A program made the translations under genes and the position numbers. Shown one piece after another: positions 56,658 through 64,000 of a stretch of DNA of 64,000 bases. Under the pieces are notes generated by a model, which saw nothing but the letters and a program-made list of their open reading frames with translations, searched no databases and was not told the origin of the DNA. Numbering within the stretch: position 1 is the stretch's first letter; the number at the start of each line of letters is the position of its first letter. Source of the DNA: Desulfuromonadales bacterium (GTDB lineage: Bacteria; Desulfobacterota; Desulfuromonadia; Desulfuromonadales; JACZKF01); NCBI GenBank assembly GCA_050485365.1, contig JBJHBH010000002.1, positions 1,788-65,787 of the forward strand, read 5' to 3'.

Positions 56658-58259
56658 ATGTCCACGCTGCATCTCTATTGCGATCTTCGCGAACCGTCTC
56701 TATCCCGCGCAACCCAGGAAGCCCGACGCCTGCGAAGCTACCGGCTTTGCATCGGGCACGTCCGCACCGGCAGTTTCTGCGATAAACTCCTTGAGCTCCG
56801 CCACATCATGGGCGAAGACGACCTCGGGCTGATCGCCCTCGTTCATGCCCACGGCGATCAGCTTGCCGATGCCTCCCGGGCCATCTCCCTTTTTCCCCGC
56901 GACCTGCGAAACCGAATCATCATCACCGCCTCCGGCTGGGCGCCTGAGCTTCGGTGTTGGGCCGAGAAGAACGGGCTTCGATTCGAGGAGAACCGATACG
57001 AGGCGCCGCGCCGCCCTCCCTGGTCCGCGCCGCGCTCGACCGATGCCGTTTCGATTCCCGAAAGACAGTGGGTCCAGTATCGTCTGATGCGCGCGTTGAT
57101 TGCGGGCGATCCGACGGGGGAGGTCTTCATGGAGATCGTCGAGAAACTGCGCCGCGGCATCCCGTCGCCCGACGAGCTCGCCCGCGCCCGCACCTTTCAC
57201 GAGCGGGGCGAGCCGGATATGGCCGGAGGGAACTACGCCGAGGAGCGCCAAATCGACCCCAACGCCATCGATCTTTTGCGCGAACGCGCCGTTCAGGTCG
57301 GGCGCTCGGGGCTCAATACCCTCATCGTGGGAGAGACGGGGACGGGGAAGGAGTCCCTCGCCTGGTATCTTCACGACTTCAGCACCCGGTGCGATGCGCC
57401 GTTTCTGGCCCTGAACTGTGCATTTTTCGAGGCAGAGCGCCTGGAGTCGGAGCTTTTCGGACACGAGCAGGGGGCCTTCACCGACGCCAAGAAGGCCAAG
57501 AGGGGATTGGTTGAGGAGGCGGACGGAGGGACGATCTTCCTGGACGAGCTGCCGGAGATGGCCCCGCGTGTGCAGGCCAAGCTTCTGCGCTTTTTGCAGG
57601 ACGGAAGCTACACCCCGCTGGGGGGAAACCAGGTATTCCGGGCCGATGTGCGCATCCTCGCCGCCGCCCAGCCGGGGCGGATGGAGAGGCTTCGCCCCGA
57701 CCTGTACTACCGCGTCGCCGACGTGGAGCTTCACACCGTGCCGCTGCGCGAGATGGCGGCGCGCGACATTGTGAACATCGCCTGCAATCTGGCCTACCGC
57801 CTGCTGTGGCGCCCCCTCATCGGGGAGACGGGGACGACGACGCTGACGCCGGACGTCCTTCGAGAGGTCACCAAAGAGCTGACCGTGCCCGAGAACGCCG
57901 CGGCCCTCTGCGGCTATCGCTGGCCCGGCAACATGCGCGAGCTCTCCACACGGATCAAGCGCTTCGTTCTTCTGGGGGACGACATTTTCCGGGAGATCCG
58001 CGATGAGCCGGCGCGAAAGAACGAAAGCCAAGTGGGAGGGGCCGTCGTGCGCGACGAAGAGCTCAGACGCTTTCTCCTCCCAGCGGCGCGGATCGAAGAG
58101 ATCGCCGAGAGGGGGCTGACCCTGAAGAACCTCAACGCCGCCTACCTGCGCCACCTCGTCGCCACCCTCGGCGGGAAGGAGCGGATCCGCCCGACCAAGC
58201 TCGCCGAGGCTCTGGGGTGCAGCTACAACACACTGGTCGCTCATCTCGAGGAGCGCTGA
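56658..58259 (+). CDS. Sigma-54-dependent transcriptional activator (bEBP) with uncharacterised N-terminal region
   Basis: Start at ATG 56658 after 'ggaggggg'. AAA+ Walker A 'GETGTGKE', 'ESELFGHEQGAFTDA', 'GGTIFLDEL', 'RILAAA'. C-terminal Fis-type HTH 'PTKLAEALGCSYNTLVAHL'. Confidence 0.9.
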   Translation: MSTLHLYCDLREPSLSRATQEARRLRSYRLCIGHVRTGSFCDKLLELRHIMGEDDLGLIALVHAHGDQLADASRAISLFPRDLRNRIIITASGWAPELRCWAEKNGLRFEENRYEAPRRPPWSAPRSTDAVSIPERQWVQYRLMRALIAGDPTGEVFMEIVEKLRRGIPSPDELARARTFHERGEPDMAGGNYAEERQIDPNAIDLLRERAVQVGRSGLNTLIVGETGTGKESLAWYLHDFSTRCDAPFLALNCAFFEAERLESELFGHEQGAFTDAKKAKRGLVEEADGGTIFLDELPEMAPRVQAKLLRFLQDGSYTPLGGNQVFRADVRILAAAQPGRMERLRPDLYYRVADVELHTVPLREMAARDIVNIACNLAYRLLWRPLIGETGTTTLTPDVLREVTKELTVPENAAALCGYRWPGNMRELSTRIKRFVLLGDDIFREIRDEPARKNESQVGGAVVRDEELRRFLLPAARIEEIAERGLTLKNLNAAYLRHLVATLGGKERIRPTKLAEALGCSYNTLVAHLEER

Positions 58260-58277
58260 GCCGTCCCGCATCTTCCC

Positions 58278-58415
58278 GGTATCTATTCACCCTGTGTGGG
58301 GTCGCGGCTCCCATGACAGGGGTGACCGGCGCCATAGACGGCGCCGGTCAAGCGGCCATGGCCGGCGAAAAGCGTCCCTTGGCATGGGAGTTGGGACCCA
58401 ATGCTGAACCGTTAC
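58278..58415 (+). repeat. Structured intergenic repeat, copy B (long subtype)
   Basis: 138 nt, near-identical architecture to copy A, including the 24-nt internal duplication. Confidence 0.9.
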
Positions 58416-58542
58416 TCTTCCCGCACCCTTTCGGGCACCTTTTGATCCACATCAAATTCCACGCTCTTTTCTGGGCGTATGATGGACCTTCGATCTCCTT
58501 TGTCACAAAACCCTCCCCCGCTTCGTTTGTTCCGGTAAAGGA

Positions 58543-59085
58543 ATGCGCATGGTCCCATCCGACGAGCAGCTTATGGCAGCCTACGCCGAGGGCGACCCGG
58601 AGGCTTTCGAAGCTCTCTACGCCAGGCACAGGGATCGCATTTTAGGGTATCTTTTCAGCAGGCTGCGCGACCGTGACGAAGCCGAGGAGGTCTTTCAAAC
58701 GGTCTTCGCCAAGTTGCACGCGAGCCGCGACCGATACCGTGAAGACATCCCCTTTCTCCCCTGGGTCTTCACCATCTGCCGCAACGCCTTGGTCGATCAC
58801 CTGCGCAAAGTCTCGAAATACCGCCGACGCGAGGTCCTCACGGACGACCCCGGGCACGACATCCCTGCGCCCACCTCCTCTGGCGGCTCCATCGACAACA
58901 TCATTGCCGGGATGTCGAGTCTCACCCCGAGCCAGCGGGCGATACTCGAGCTGCGCTTCGAGCAGGGTTTTTCCTTCAACGAGATTGCCGGCCGCCTTGA
59001 AACCAGCACCGCCAACGCTCGCCAGATCGTCAGCCGCACGATCCGTCACCTGCGCCAAAGGCTCGGAGAAAGGAGGGTACGATGA
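58543..59085 (+). CDS. ECF-type sigma-70 family sigma factor
   Basis: Region 2 'FLPWVFTICRNALVDHLR'. Region 4 'LTPSQRAILELRFEQGFSFNEIAGRLETSTANARQIVSR'. ATG 58549 is an equally good start. Confidence 0.9.
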   Translation: MRMVPSDEQLMAAYAEGDPEAFEALYARHRDRILGYLFSRLRDRDEAEEVFQTVFAKLHASRDRYREDIPFLPWVFTICRNALVDHLRKVSKYRRREVLTDDPGHDIPAPTSSGGSIDNIIAGMSSLTPSQRAILELRFEQGFSFNEIAGRLETSTANARQIVSRTIRHLRQRLGERRVR

Positions 59086-59621
59086 GGCCCGATTCCGACG
59101 GCAGCAAAGATCTGATCAGAGAGTTTTCGCACTTCGTCGATGCGCCGAGTCTGACGCCGCGGCGCAAAACCGACGAAGCGGTTCTGCGCAGGGCGCAAAC
59201 CGGGGGGAGACCGTCCCTTCGCGCGGTCGTCCTCAAGTTTTCGGCGATTCAGGGGGCCGCAGGGATGGCGACGCTGGCTCTCTGTCCCCAGTTCGGCGTC
59301 GGCACCGCCTCGCACAACGCCTTCGTGCATTCACTTCACGCGCACGCGCACCCCGCTCTTTATTATCTGAGCTGCGGCGTGCTGTTCGTCCTTCTCGGCG
59401 CCTTTCTGATCGGCATCGCCTCGAACAGGCGCGATCTAAAAGCTCTCGGCCGCCGCAAATTCGCCTACTTCTGCGGATACACCCTCGGCGCCTATCTCGT
59501 TCTTCTTCTGGCGGGCACCGAGCCGTTTCTTCTGGTTTCGACCTTCTGGCTTCTGGGAGGGTTCGGCGCGCAGTTGATCGGTTTCGGGATCGGCAGACGC
59601 CTGAGGCTGATCAGCACCTGA
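59082..59621 (+). CDS. Putative membrane anti-sigma factor
   Basis: ATGA overlap with the sigma gene; RBS 'aaaggaggg'. About 4 TM helices. His cluster 'HNAFVHSLHAHAHP'. Assignment by position only. Confidence 0.55.
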   Translation: MRPDSDGSKDLIREFSHFVDAPSLTPRRKTDEAVLRRAQTGGRPSLRAVVLKFSAIQGAAGMATLALCPQFGVGTASHNAFVHSLHAHAHPALYYLSCGVLFVLLGAFLIGIASNRRDLKALGRRKFAYFCGYTLGAYLVLLLAGTEPFLLVSTFWLLGGFGAQLIGFGIGRRLRLIST

Positions 59622-59669
59622 GGGAATAACGAAGAGGGGGATGAGCAAGAGGCGCGCTCCTTTGACGAG

Positions 59670-59707
59670 AAAAAAGCGCCCTCGCCGATCGGCGGGGGCG
59701 CTTTTTC
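59670..59707. terminator. Bidirectional rho-independent terminator
   Basis: 'aaaaagcgccctcgccga/tcggcgggggcgcttttt', a long GC stem flanked by A5 and T5. Confidence 0.8.
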
Positions 59708-59730
59708 GCGTCTTCTCTCGCCCTTGGCGA

Positions 59731-60315
59731 TCAGTGGGCGTGCTCGCCGTGGACGACGGCCGCGATCCCCTCGACGAAATGAACGTAGTTCACATAAGCT
59801 TCCACGAACTCGCGACCGGCCGTCACGCTCTCGCCCGAGCGCGCCCGCAGCTCCATGGCATGCGCGAAGCGCTCCCGCAGCTCCGTGCCGACATGGGCGG
59901 AGATTGCATCGGCCAGCTCTTCGACGGAGCCTTGCGCCAGCGCCTTTTCTGCCTTCAGAATGGGGGGATCGATCATCCCGGCGGGCTTCAGGCCGGTGTA
60001 GGGGGCGCCTTCGGCGGCGCGGTGCACCCGCACGAGGGTCTCCAGAAAATATCGGTCCGCCAACTCCATCGCCTTCGGGTTGAGGGCGCGCACCTGCCGG
60101 GCCTGATCGAAAGCGTGCCGGATTTCGTCCTCCTGCTCGGGGAGGACCCATTTGAGCAGCGGCGCGACGTTCCCCTCCTCCAGCGCAAGGCGCGCCTCGG
60201 AAACGACCGGCCCGTCCAGCGCATCACAGTGCGCCGCCGCCGTGTGCGGGACGAGCAATGCGAGCGCGACAAGGACCACCACCATCTTCACACCTTTTCT
60301 CACTTTTCCGATCAT
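59731..60315 (-). CDS. Secreted DUF6448-like protein
   Basis: Start at ATG 60315. Signal peptide ending 'HTAAA'. Mature N-terminus 'HCDALDGPVV'. C-terminus 'HGEHAH'. Confidence 0.6.
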   Translation of the reverse strand: MIGKVRKGVKMVVVLVALALLVPHTAAAHCDALDGPVVSEARLALEEGNVAPLLKWVLPEQEDEIRHAFDQARQVRALNPKAMELADRYFLETLVRVHRAAEGAPYTGLKPAGMIDPPILKAEKALAQGSVEELADAISAHVGTELRERFAHAMELRARSGESVTAGREFVEAYVNYVHFVEGIAAVVHGEHAH

Positions 60316-60461
60316 CTCTGCATTCCTTTCGGGTTCTGGGCGCAAGCGGCCCTGGTTGGCTGAGAGATTCGCATCCCCCACGGCGTCGGGGGTCGGCGAT
60401 CCCTCGTCTGGTCGGTTCTACCCGAGAGGACGTAAGGGGCACGGAATTTGTGACAAAAAAA

Positions 60462-60553
60462 GTAGGTCACGGCTCACATAAAAAGGGTGTCTGGTCATGG
60501 AGGACGCGAAGCGTCCCTTGCATGGGGGGTGTGACCCCATGCTAAGCCGTTAC
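60462..60553 (+). repeat. Structured intergenic repeat, copy E (5'-truncated short subtype)
   Basis: 'ggtcacggctcacat..gggtgtctgg..ggacgcgaagcgtcccttgcatgg..gaccccatgctaagccgttac'. Confidence 0.7.
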
Positions 60554-60570
60554 GAAAAAAGAAAGGCCGG

Positions 60571-61254
60571 TCAGCAGGCCGCCGCTGTCGGGATGTGCTC
60601 GCGCACGAAACGCGCGGTGCGGCTCTCGGGAGATCGCTCCAGCAGCCGCAGCAGGGAAGCGAAATCGTCGACGTCGTCCCAGAGGGCGGTCTCGGCCAGA
60701 GCGAGGCCCTCCTCGCGGGCTCGCTCACGGGTGAGCTTCAGGACCTGCGGGGTGCTCCAGGGGATGTCTCGAAAGAGGGGGGGGTGGTGGATACGCTCGC
60801 CGATCAGCACGTAGCCGCCGTCCGAGGCCGGGCCGAGAACAAGGTCGTGGCTTTCGAGGGCAGCGAAGGCGTCGCGCAGGAGCCGGGTGGGGAGATCGGG
60901 GGTGTCCGATCCGATGAGGACGGCGCGATCGAAGTCGCGAAGAAGCGCCGTCAGGGCGTGTTCCATGCGTTCGCCGAGGTCCCTGCCCTGCTGCCGGCAA
61001 AGGGGGAGTTGCCCAAAGGCGTCGGCGAAAAATTCCTTCCGCCCCTCGTAGAAAAGTACCGGCGTCCAGGGGCCTCCCGCGGCGAGAGCGACGGTCTCCT
61101 CGAGGCTCACCCGGTAGAGGGCGGCCGATTCCTGCGCGCTCAGCGGTGGGCACAGCCGCGTCTTGACCCGGCCGGGGAGGGGTTCCTTGGCGAATATTCC
61201 CAGACCATATCGTGTCGTCTGTGCAAAAGCACGGTCTGATGGCACCTTTTCCAC
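60571..61254 (-). CDS. DUF2064 / TIGR04282-like nucleotide-diphospho-sugar transferase fold protein (start uncertain)
   Basis: 'GLGIFAKEPLPGRVKTRL', 'VLIGSDTPDL', 'LGPASDGGYVLIG'. Several in-frame GTGs (61263, 61254, 61245) are possible starts. Confidence 0.65.
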   Translation of the reverse strand: MEKVPSDRAFAQTTRYGLGIFAKEPLPGRVKTRLCPPLSAQESAALYRVSLEETVALAAGGPWTPVLFYEGRKEFFADAFGQLPLCRQQGRDLGERMEHALTALLRDFDRAVLIGSDTPDLPTRLLRDAFAALESHDLVLGPASDGGYVLIGERIHHPPLFRDIPWSTPQVLKLTRERAREEGLALAETALWDDVDDFASLLRLLERSPESRTARFVREHIPTAAAC

Positions 61255-61398
61255 GCTTTCCACAGAGTTATCCACAGCCTCGTCGCTGATCTGATAAAAA
61301 CTAATGAGAGATCCAGGCGGGGGAAATAAAGTTAACCTGCTGAAAAACAAGGAAAAAACGAATCGAGACGGGCGCTCCCTTTTTTTCGCCCCTTGTCG

Positions 61399-62217
61399 TC
61401 AGCGCTTCGGGCTCTCCACAAGGGCGTAGGCCGAGTGTTTGTGGATGGACTCGAAGTTCTCGCACTCGACCCGAAACCAGCTGATCTCCGGAACCTGCTG
61501 CAGGGTGACGGTGACGGCGCGCACGATGTCCTCGACGAACATAGGGTTGTCGTACGCCTGCTCGGTGACCGCCTTTTCGTCCTCGCGCTTGAGAAGCGAG
61601 TAGACCGGGGCGCTGCCGCACGCCTCGACCCAGGCGATGAGATCCTCGATCCAGACGAACTTGTTCATGCGCACCTCGACCGTGACGGCGCTGCGCTGGT
61701 TGTGGGCGCCGCGGGCGCTGATCTCCCGGGAACAGGGGCACAGCGAGGTCACCGGGACGGTGACGCCGAGGACGAAATCCTTCTCCTCCCCCAGAGTGCC
61801 GACGAGCCTGCACTGGTACTCCATCAGACCCCGGGCCTTGGAGACGGGGGCCTCCTTCTCGACGAAATAGGGGAATTCGAGCTCCATGTGGGCGCTGGAG
61901 GCCTCGAGGCGATCCTTCATCTCCTGAAGGATGTTCCCCATGTTGCGGATGGTGATCTCGCCGCGGTACTGGTTGAGGATCTCGATGAAGCGGCTCATGT
62001 GCGTCCCCTTGAAATGGTGCGGGAGGTCGACGTACATGTTGATGCGCGCCACGGTGTGCTGCTGCACCTTGCTCTTGTCCATCACAACGATGGGGTAGAC
62101 GATGTCCTTCACCCCCACCTTGTCGATGGGGATGTTGCGGGTATCGGCGGAACGCTGCAGGTCGGGCATGGGGGAAGCTTCGCTTCCCGGTGAGGAGTTT
62201 TTATCTTCGCGGCTCAT
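61399..62217 (-). CDS. folE2: GTP cyclohydrolase I type 2 (FolE2/MptA family)
   Basis: 'NIPIDKVGVKDI.YP', 'KGTHMSRF', 'SLCPCS', 'GAHNQRS', 'ENFESIH'. Confidence 0.9.
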   Translation of the reverse strand: MSREDKNSSPGSEASPMPDLQRSADTRNIPIDKVGVKDIVYPIVVMDKSKVQQHTVARINMYVDLPHHFKGTHMSRFIEILNQYRGEITIRNMGNILQEMKDRLEASSAHMELEFPYFVEKEAPVSKARGLMEYQCRLVGTLGEEKDFVLGVTVPVTSLCPCSREISARGAHNQRSAVTVEVRMNKFVWIEDLIAWVEACGSAPVYSLLKREDEKAVTEQAYDNPMFVEDIVRAVTVTLQQVPEISWFRVECENFESIHKHSAYALVESPKR

Positions 62218-62260
62218 TGTTAAGTCCTGTCAGTCGGTTTATGTTTTTTCTCCTCACTCC

Positions 62261-62956
62261 TCACTCCTTACCCCTCACGGCGTAAGCGACCGGATCTTCC
62301 ACCCCCGCTTCGGCGAACCCCTTGAGCCGAAGGCGGCACGAATCGCACAGACCGCAGGCGGCCCCGTCGGAGGCGGGATCGTAGCACGAGTGGGTGAGGG
62401 CGTAGTCGACGCCGAGGTCGAGGCCGCGGCGGATGATCTGCCCCTTGGTGAGGTCGATGAGGGGGGTGCGGATGCGATAGCGCCCCTCCCCTTCGACGGC
62501 GGCCCGGGTGGCGAGGTTGGCCATCGCCTCGAAGGCGGCGATGTATTCGGGACGACAGTCCGGGTAGCCCGAGTAGTCGAGGGCGTTGACGCCGATGAAG
62601 ATGTCGAAGGCCCCCAGGACCTCGGCCCATCCCAGTGCGAAGGAGAGAAAGACGGTGTTGCGCGCCGGCACGTACGTCGCGGGGATGACCCCGTCTTCCA
62701 CCCCGTCCTTCGGGACGGCGATTTGCGAGGTGAGGGCGCTGCCGCCGATGCGGCGCATGTCGACATCGATCACCATGTGCTCGGCCGCCCCGAGACGCGG
62801 CGCGAAGCGGCGCGCCTTGTCGAGCTCAACGGAGTGGCGCTGGCCGTAGGAAAAGGAGAGCGCGTAAGGCACGAACCCCTCGGCTTTGGCGATGGCCAGA
62901 CACGTCGCCGAATCGAGTCCGCCGCTGTACAGAACGACTGCTTTCTTCGTCATCAA
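62261..62956 (-). CDS. queC: 7-cyano-7-deazaguanine synthase
   Basis: '[11 protein letters not shown]' PP-loop and C-terminal Zn motif 'CGLCDSC'. Confidence 0.95.
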   Translation of the reverse strand: MMTKKAVVLYSGGLDSATCLAIAKAEGFVPYALSFSYGQRHSVELDKARRFAPRLGAAEHMVIDVDMRRIGGSALTSQIAVPKDGVEDGVIPATYVPARNTVFLSFALGWAEVLGAFDIFIGVNALDYSGYPDCRPEYIAAFEAMANLATRAAVEGEGRYRIRTPLIDLTKGQIIRRGLDLGVDYALTHSCYDPASDGAACGLCDSCRLRLKGFAEAGVEDPVAYAVRGKE

Positions 62957-62982
62957 GATGCCTCGGGAAACGGCAGGCTCGT

Positions 62983-63065
62983 GGCGCTGGGCACTGGGCG
63001 CAAGGTTAAGACCTGTTGTCTGTCATTTCCTCGCGCCTCGCGCCTCGCGCCCCGTGCCTCGCGCC
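62983..63065. repeat. Imperfect long inverted repeat with tandem 'cctcgcg' arm between pyk and queC
   Basis: Left arm 'ggcgctgggcactgggcgcaagg'. Right arm 'cctcgcgcctcgcgcctcgcgccccgtgcctcgcgcc' (heptamer x3). Confidence 0.55.
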
Positions 63066-63070
63066 TGAAT

Positions 63071-64000
63071 TCAGTGTACCTCGTAGAACTCGCCGAGCCC
63101 CAGCCGGTGGACCTTGAGGAGGTTGGTGGTGCCGGGGGCGGAGACGGGGCTCCCCATGGTGATGACGACGATGTCGCCGCGCCGCAGGGCGCCGGCCGAC
63201 AGGACCGCCTCCTCCACCGAGCGGATCTGGGCTTCGGTGTCGCCGCAGATGTCGACGCGGATCGAGTGGACGCCGGCGTACAGAACCATGCGCCGGCGCA
63301 CCGCCTGGGAGGGGGTGACGGCGAAGATGGGGATCGGCGGTCGGTATTTGGCGACGAGCGCGGCGGTGCTGCCGGTCTGGGTGAAGGCGAGGATCGCCGC
63401 TGCCCCGACGTTGTCGGCGACGCGCACCGCCGCCTGCCCGATCGCCTCGGGGAGGCTTCGGTAGCCGCCGCGCAGCTCGGGGATGCGGTGCAGCAGCTTC
63501 TCCTGCAAAATCGGTTCGCGCTCGACGTCTCCGGCGACCCGCACCATCAGCGAGACGGCCTCCACCGGGTATTTTCCCGATGCGGTCTCGGCCGAGAGCA
63601 TGACGGCGTCGGTGCCGTCAAGGATGGCGTTGGCCACATCGGAGGTCTCGGCGCGGGTGGGGCGCGGGTGCTCGATCATGCTCTCGAGCATCTGCGTGGC
63701 GGTGATGACGGGCTTGCCCGCCTCGTTGCACTTGCGGATGATCTTTTTCTGGATGAGCGGGACCTTCTCGGGGCTCATCTCCACCCCCAGATCCCCCCGC
63801 GCGACCATGATGCCGTCGGAGGTTTCGAGGATCTCGTCGAAATTGTCCACCGCCTGGGGCATCTCGATCTTGGCGATGATGCGGATCGAGGACTTCTCCT
63901 CGAAGAGGATCTCCCGCAGGGCGATGACGTCTTCGGCGCGGCGAACGAAGGAGAGGGCCACGTAGTCCAGCTCGTTTTCGAGGCAGAAACGCAGATCCGC
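63071..64000 (-). CDS. pyk: Pyruvate kinase, N-terminus beyond the window edge
   Basis: Frame stays open to base 64000. 'ALSFVR', 'IIAKIE', 'MVARGDLGVE', 'TQMLESM', 'DAVMLS.ETA'. Confidence 0.9.
   Translation of the reverse strand, partial: ADLRFCLENELDYVALSFVRRAEDVIALREILFEEKSSIRIIAKIEMPQAVDNFDEILETSDGIMVARGDLGVEMSPEKVPLIQKKIIRKCNEAGKPVITATQMLESMIEHPRPTRAETSDVANAILDGTDAVMLSAETASGKYPVEAVSLMVRVAGDVEREPILQEKLLHRIPELRGGYRSLPEAIGQAAVRVADNVGAAAILAFTQTGSTAALVAKYRPPIPIFAVTPSQAVRRRMVLYAGVHSIRVDICGDTEAQIRSVEEAVLSAGALRRGDIVVITMGSPVSAPGTTNLLKVHRLGLGEFYEVH

Noticed and set aside
56700-58271. 523-aa ORF antisense to the sigma-54 activator
   Set aside because: The + strand has Walker A, GAFT and HTH motifs. 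The antisense ORF has none.
62957-63070. preQ1 riboswitch upstream of queC
   Set aside because: The sequence is a GC-rich heptamer-repeat hairpin. It has none of the short preQ1-I or preQ1-II aptamer features.

Overview
High-G+C (roughly mid-60s %) bacterial chromosomal window, densely coded, with about 55 protein genes and one tRNA. Gene content suggests a Desulfuromonadales/Geobacter-like deltaproteobacterium: futalosine menaquinone genes, many c-di-GMP and sigma-54 components, a canonical tol-pal operon. That taxonomic call is inference only. All calls come from reading the supplied translations and the DNA by eye; no database search was run.

Left to right:
- a truncated aminotransferase, plant-type glutamate-cysteine ligase, a gamma-glutamylcyclotransferase-like gene and transketolase;
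- a PRC-barrel protein, a porin and a redoxin;
- a 9.3-kb minus-strand methylmalonyl-CoA cluster (carboxyltransferase, unusually long biotin carboxylase/BCCP fusion, XRE-cupin regulator, mutase, MeaB, epimerase);
- an orphan 361-aa protein, mqnB and mqnD;
- serA, a small Cys-rich protein and DAHP synthase;
- an osmolyte cluster (otsA, ablB, ablA);
- tRNA-Phe, dodecin, TauE/TcdA and TatD;
- an MCP plus two large GGDEF sensor proteins;
- a three-gene operon whose products share one C-terminal module, followed by cpoB-pal-tolB-tolA-tolR-tolQ;
- an HD protein, ilvA, a TraB-like protein and nupC;
- a low-G+C five-gene envelope-lipoprotein island with a divergent sigma-54 activator;
- an ECF sigma/anti-sigma pair, a DUF6448-like protein, a DUF2064-like protein, folE2, queC and a truncated pyruvate kinase.

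Most notable non-routine observations:
1. The AT-rich island at 52.1-58.3 kb appears wired to a -24/-12 promoter and a divergent enhancer-binding protein with an uncharacterised N-terminal region.
2. A six-copy, about 90-140 nt structured intergenic repeat family has long and short subtypes and compensatory changes in its terminal helix.
3. The TPR / L,D-transpeptidase / DUF1566-like operon shares one NTF2-like C-terminal module and sits next to tol-pal.
4. Two tandem intrinsic terminators sit in the only space available for a DAHP-synthase leader.

No CRISPR array, rRNA, transposase or integrase was seen.
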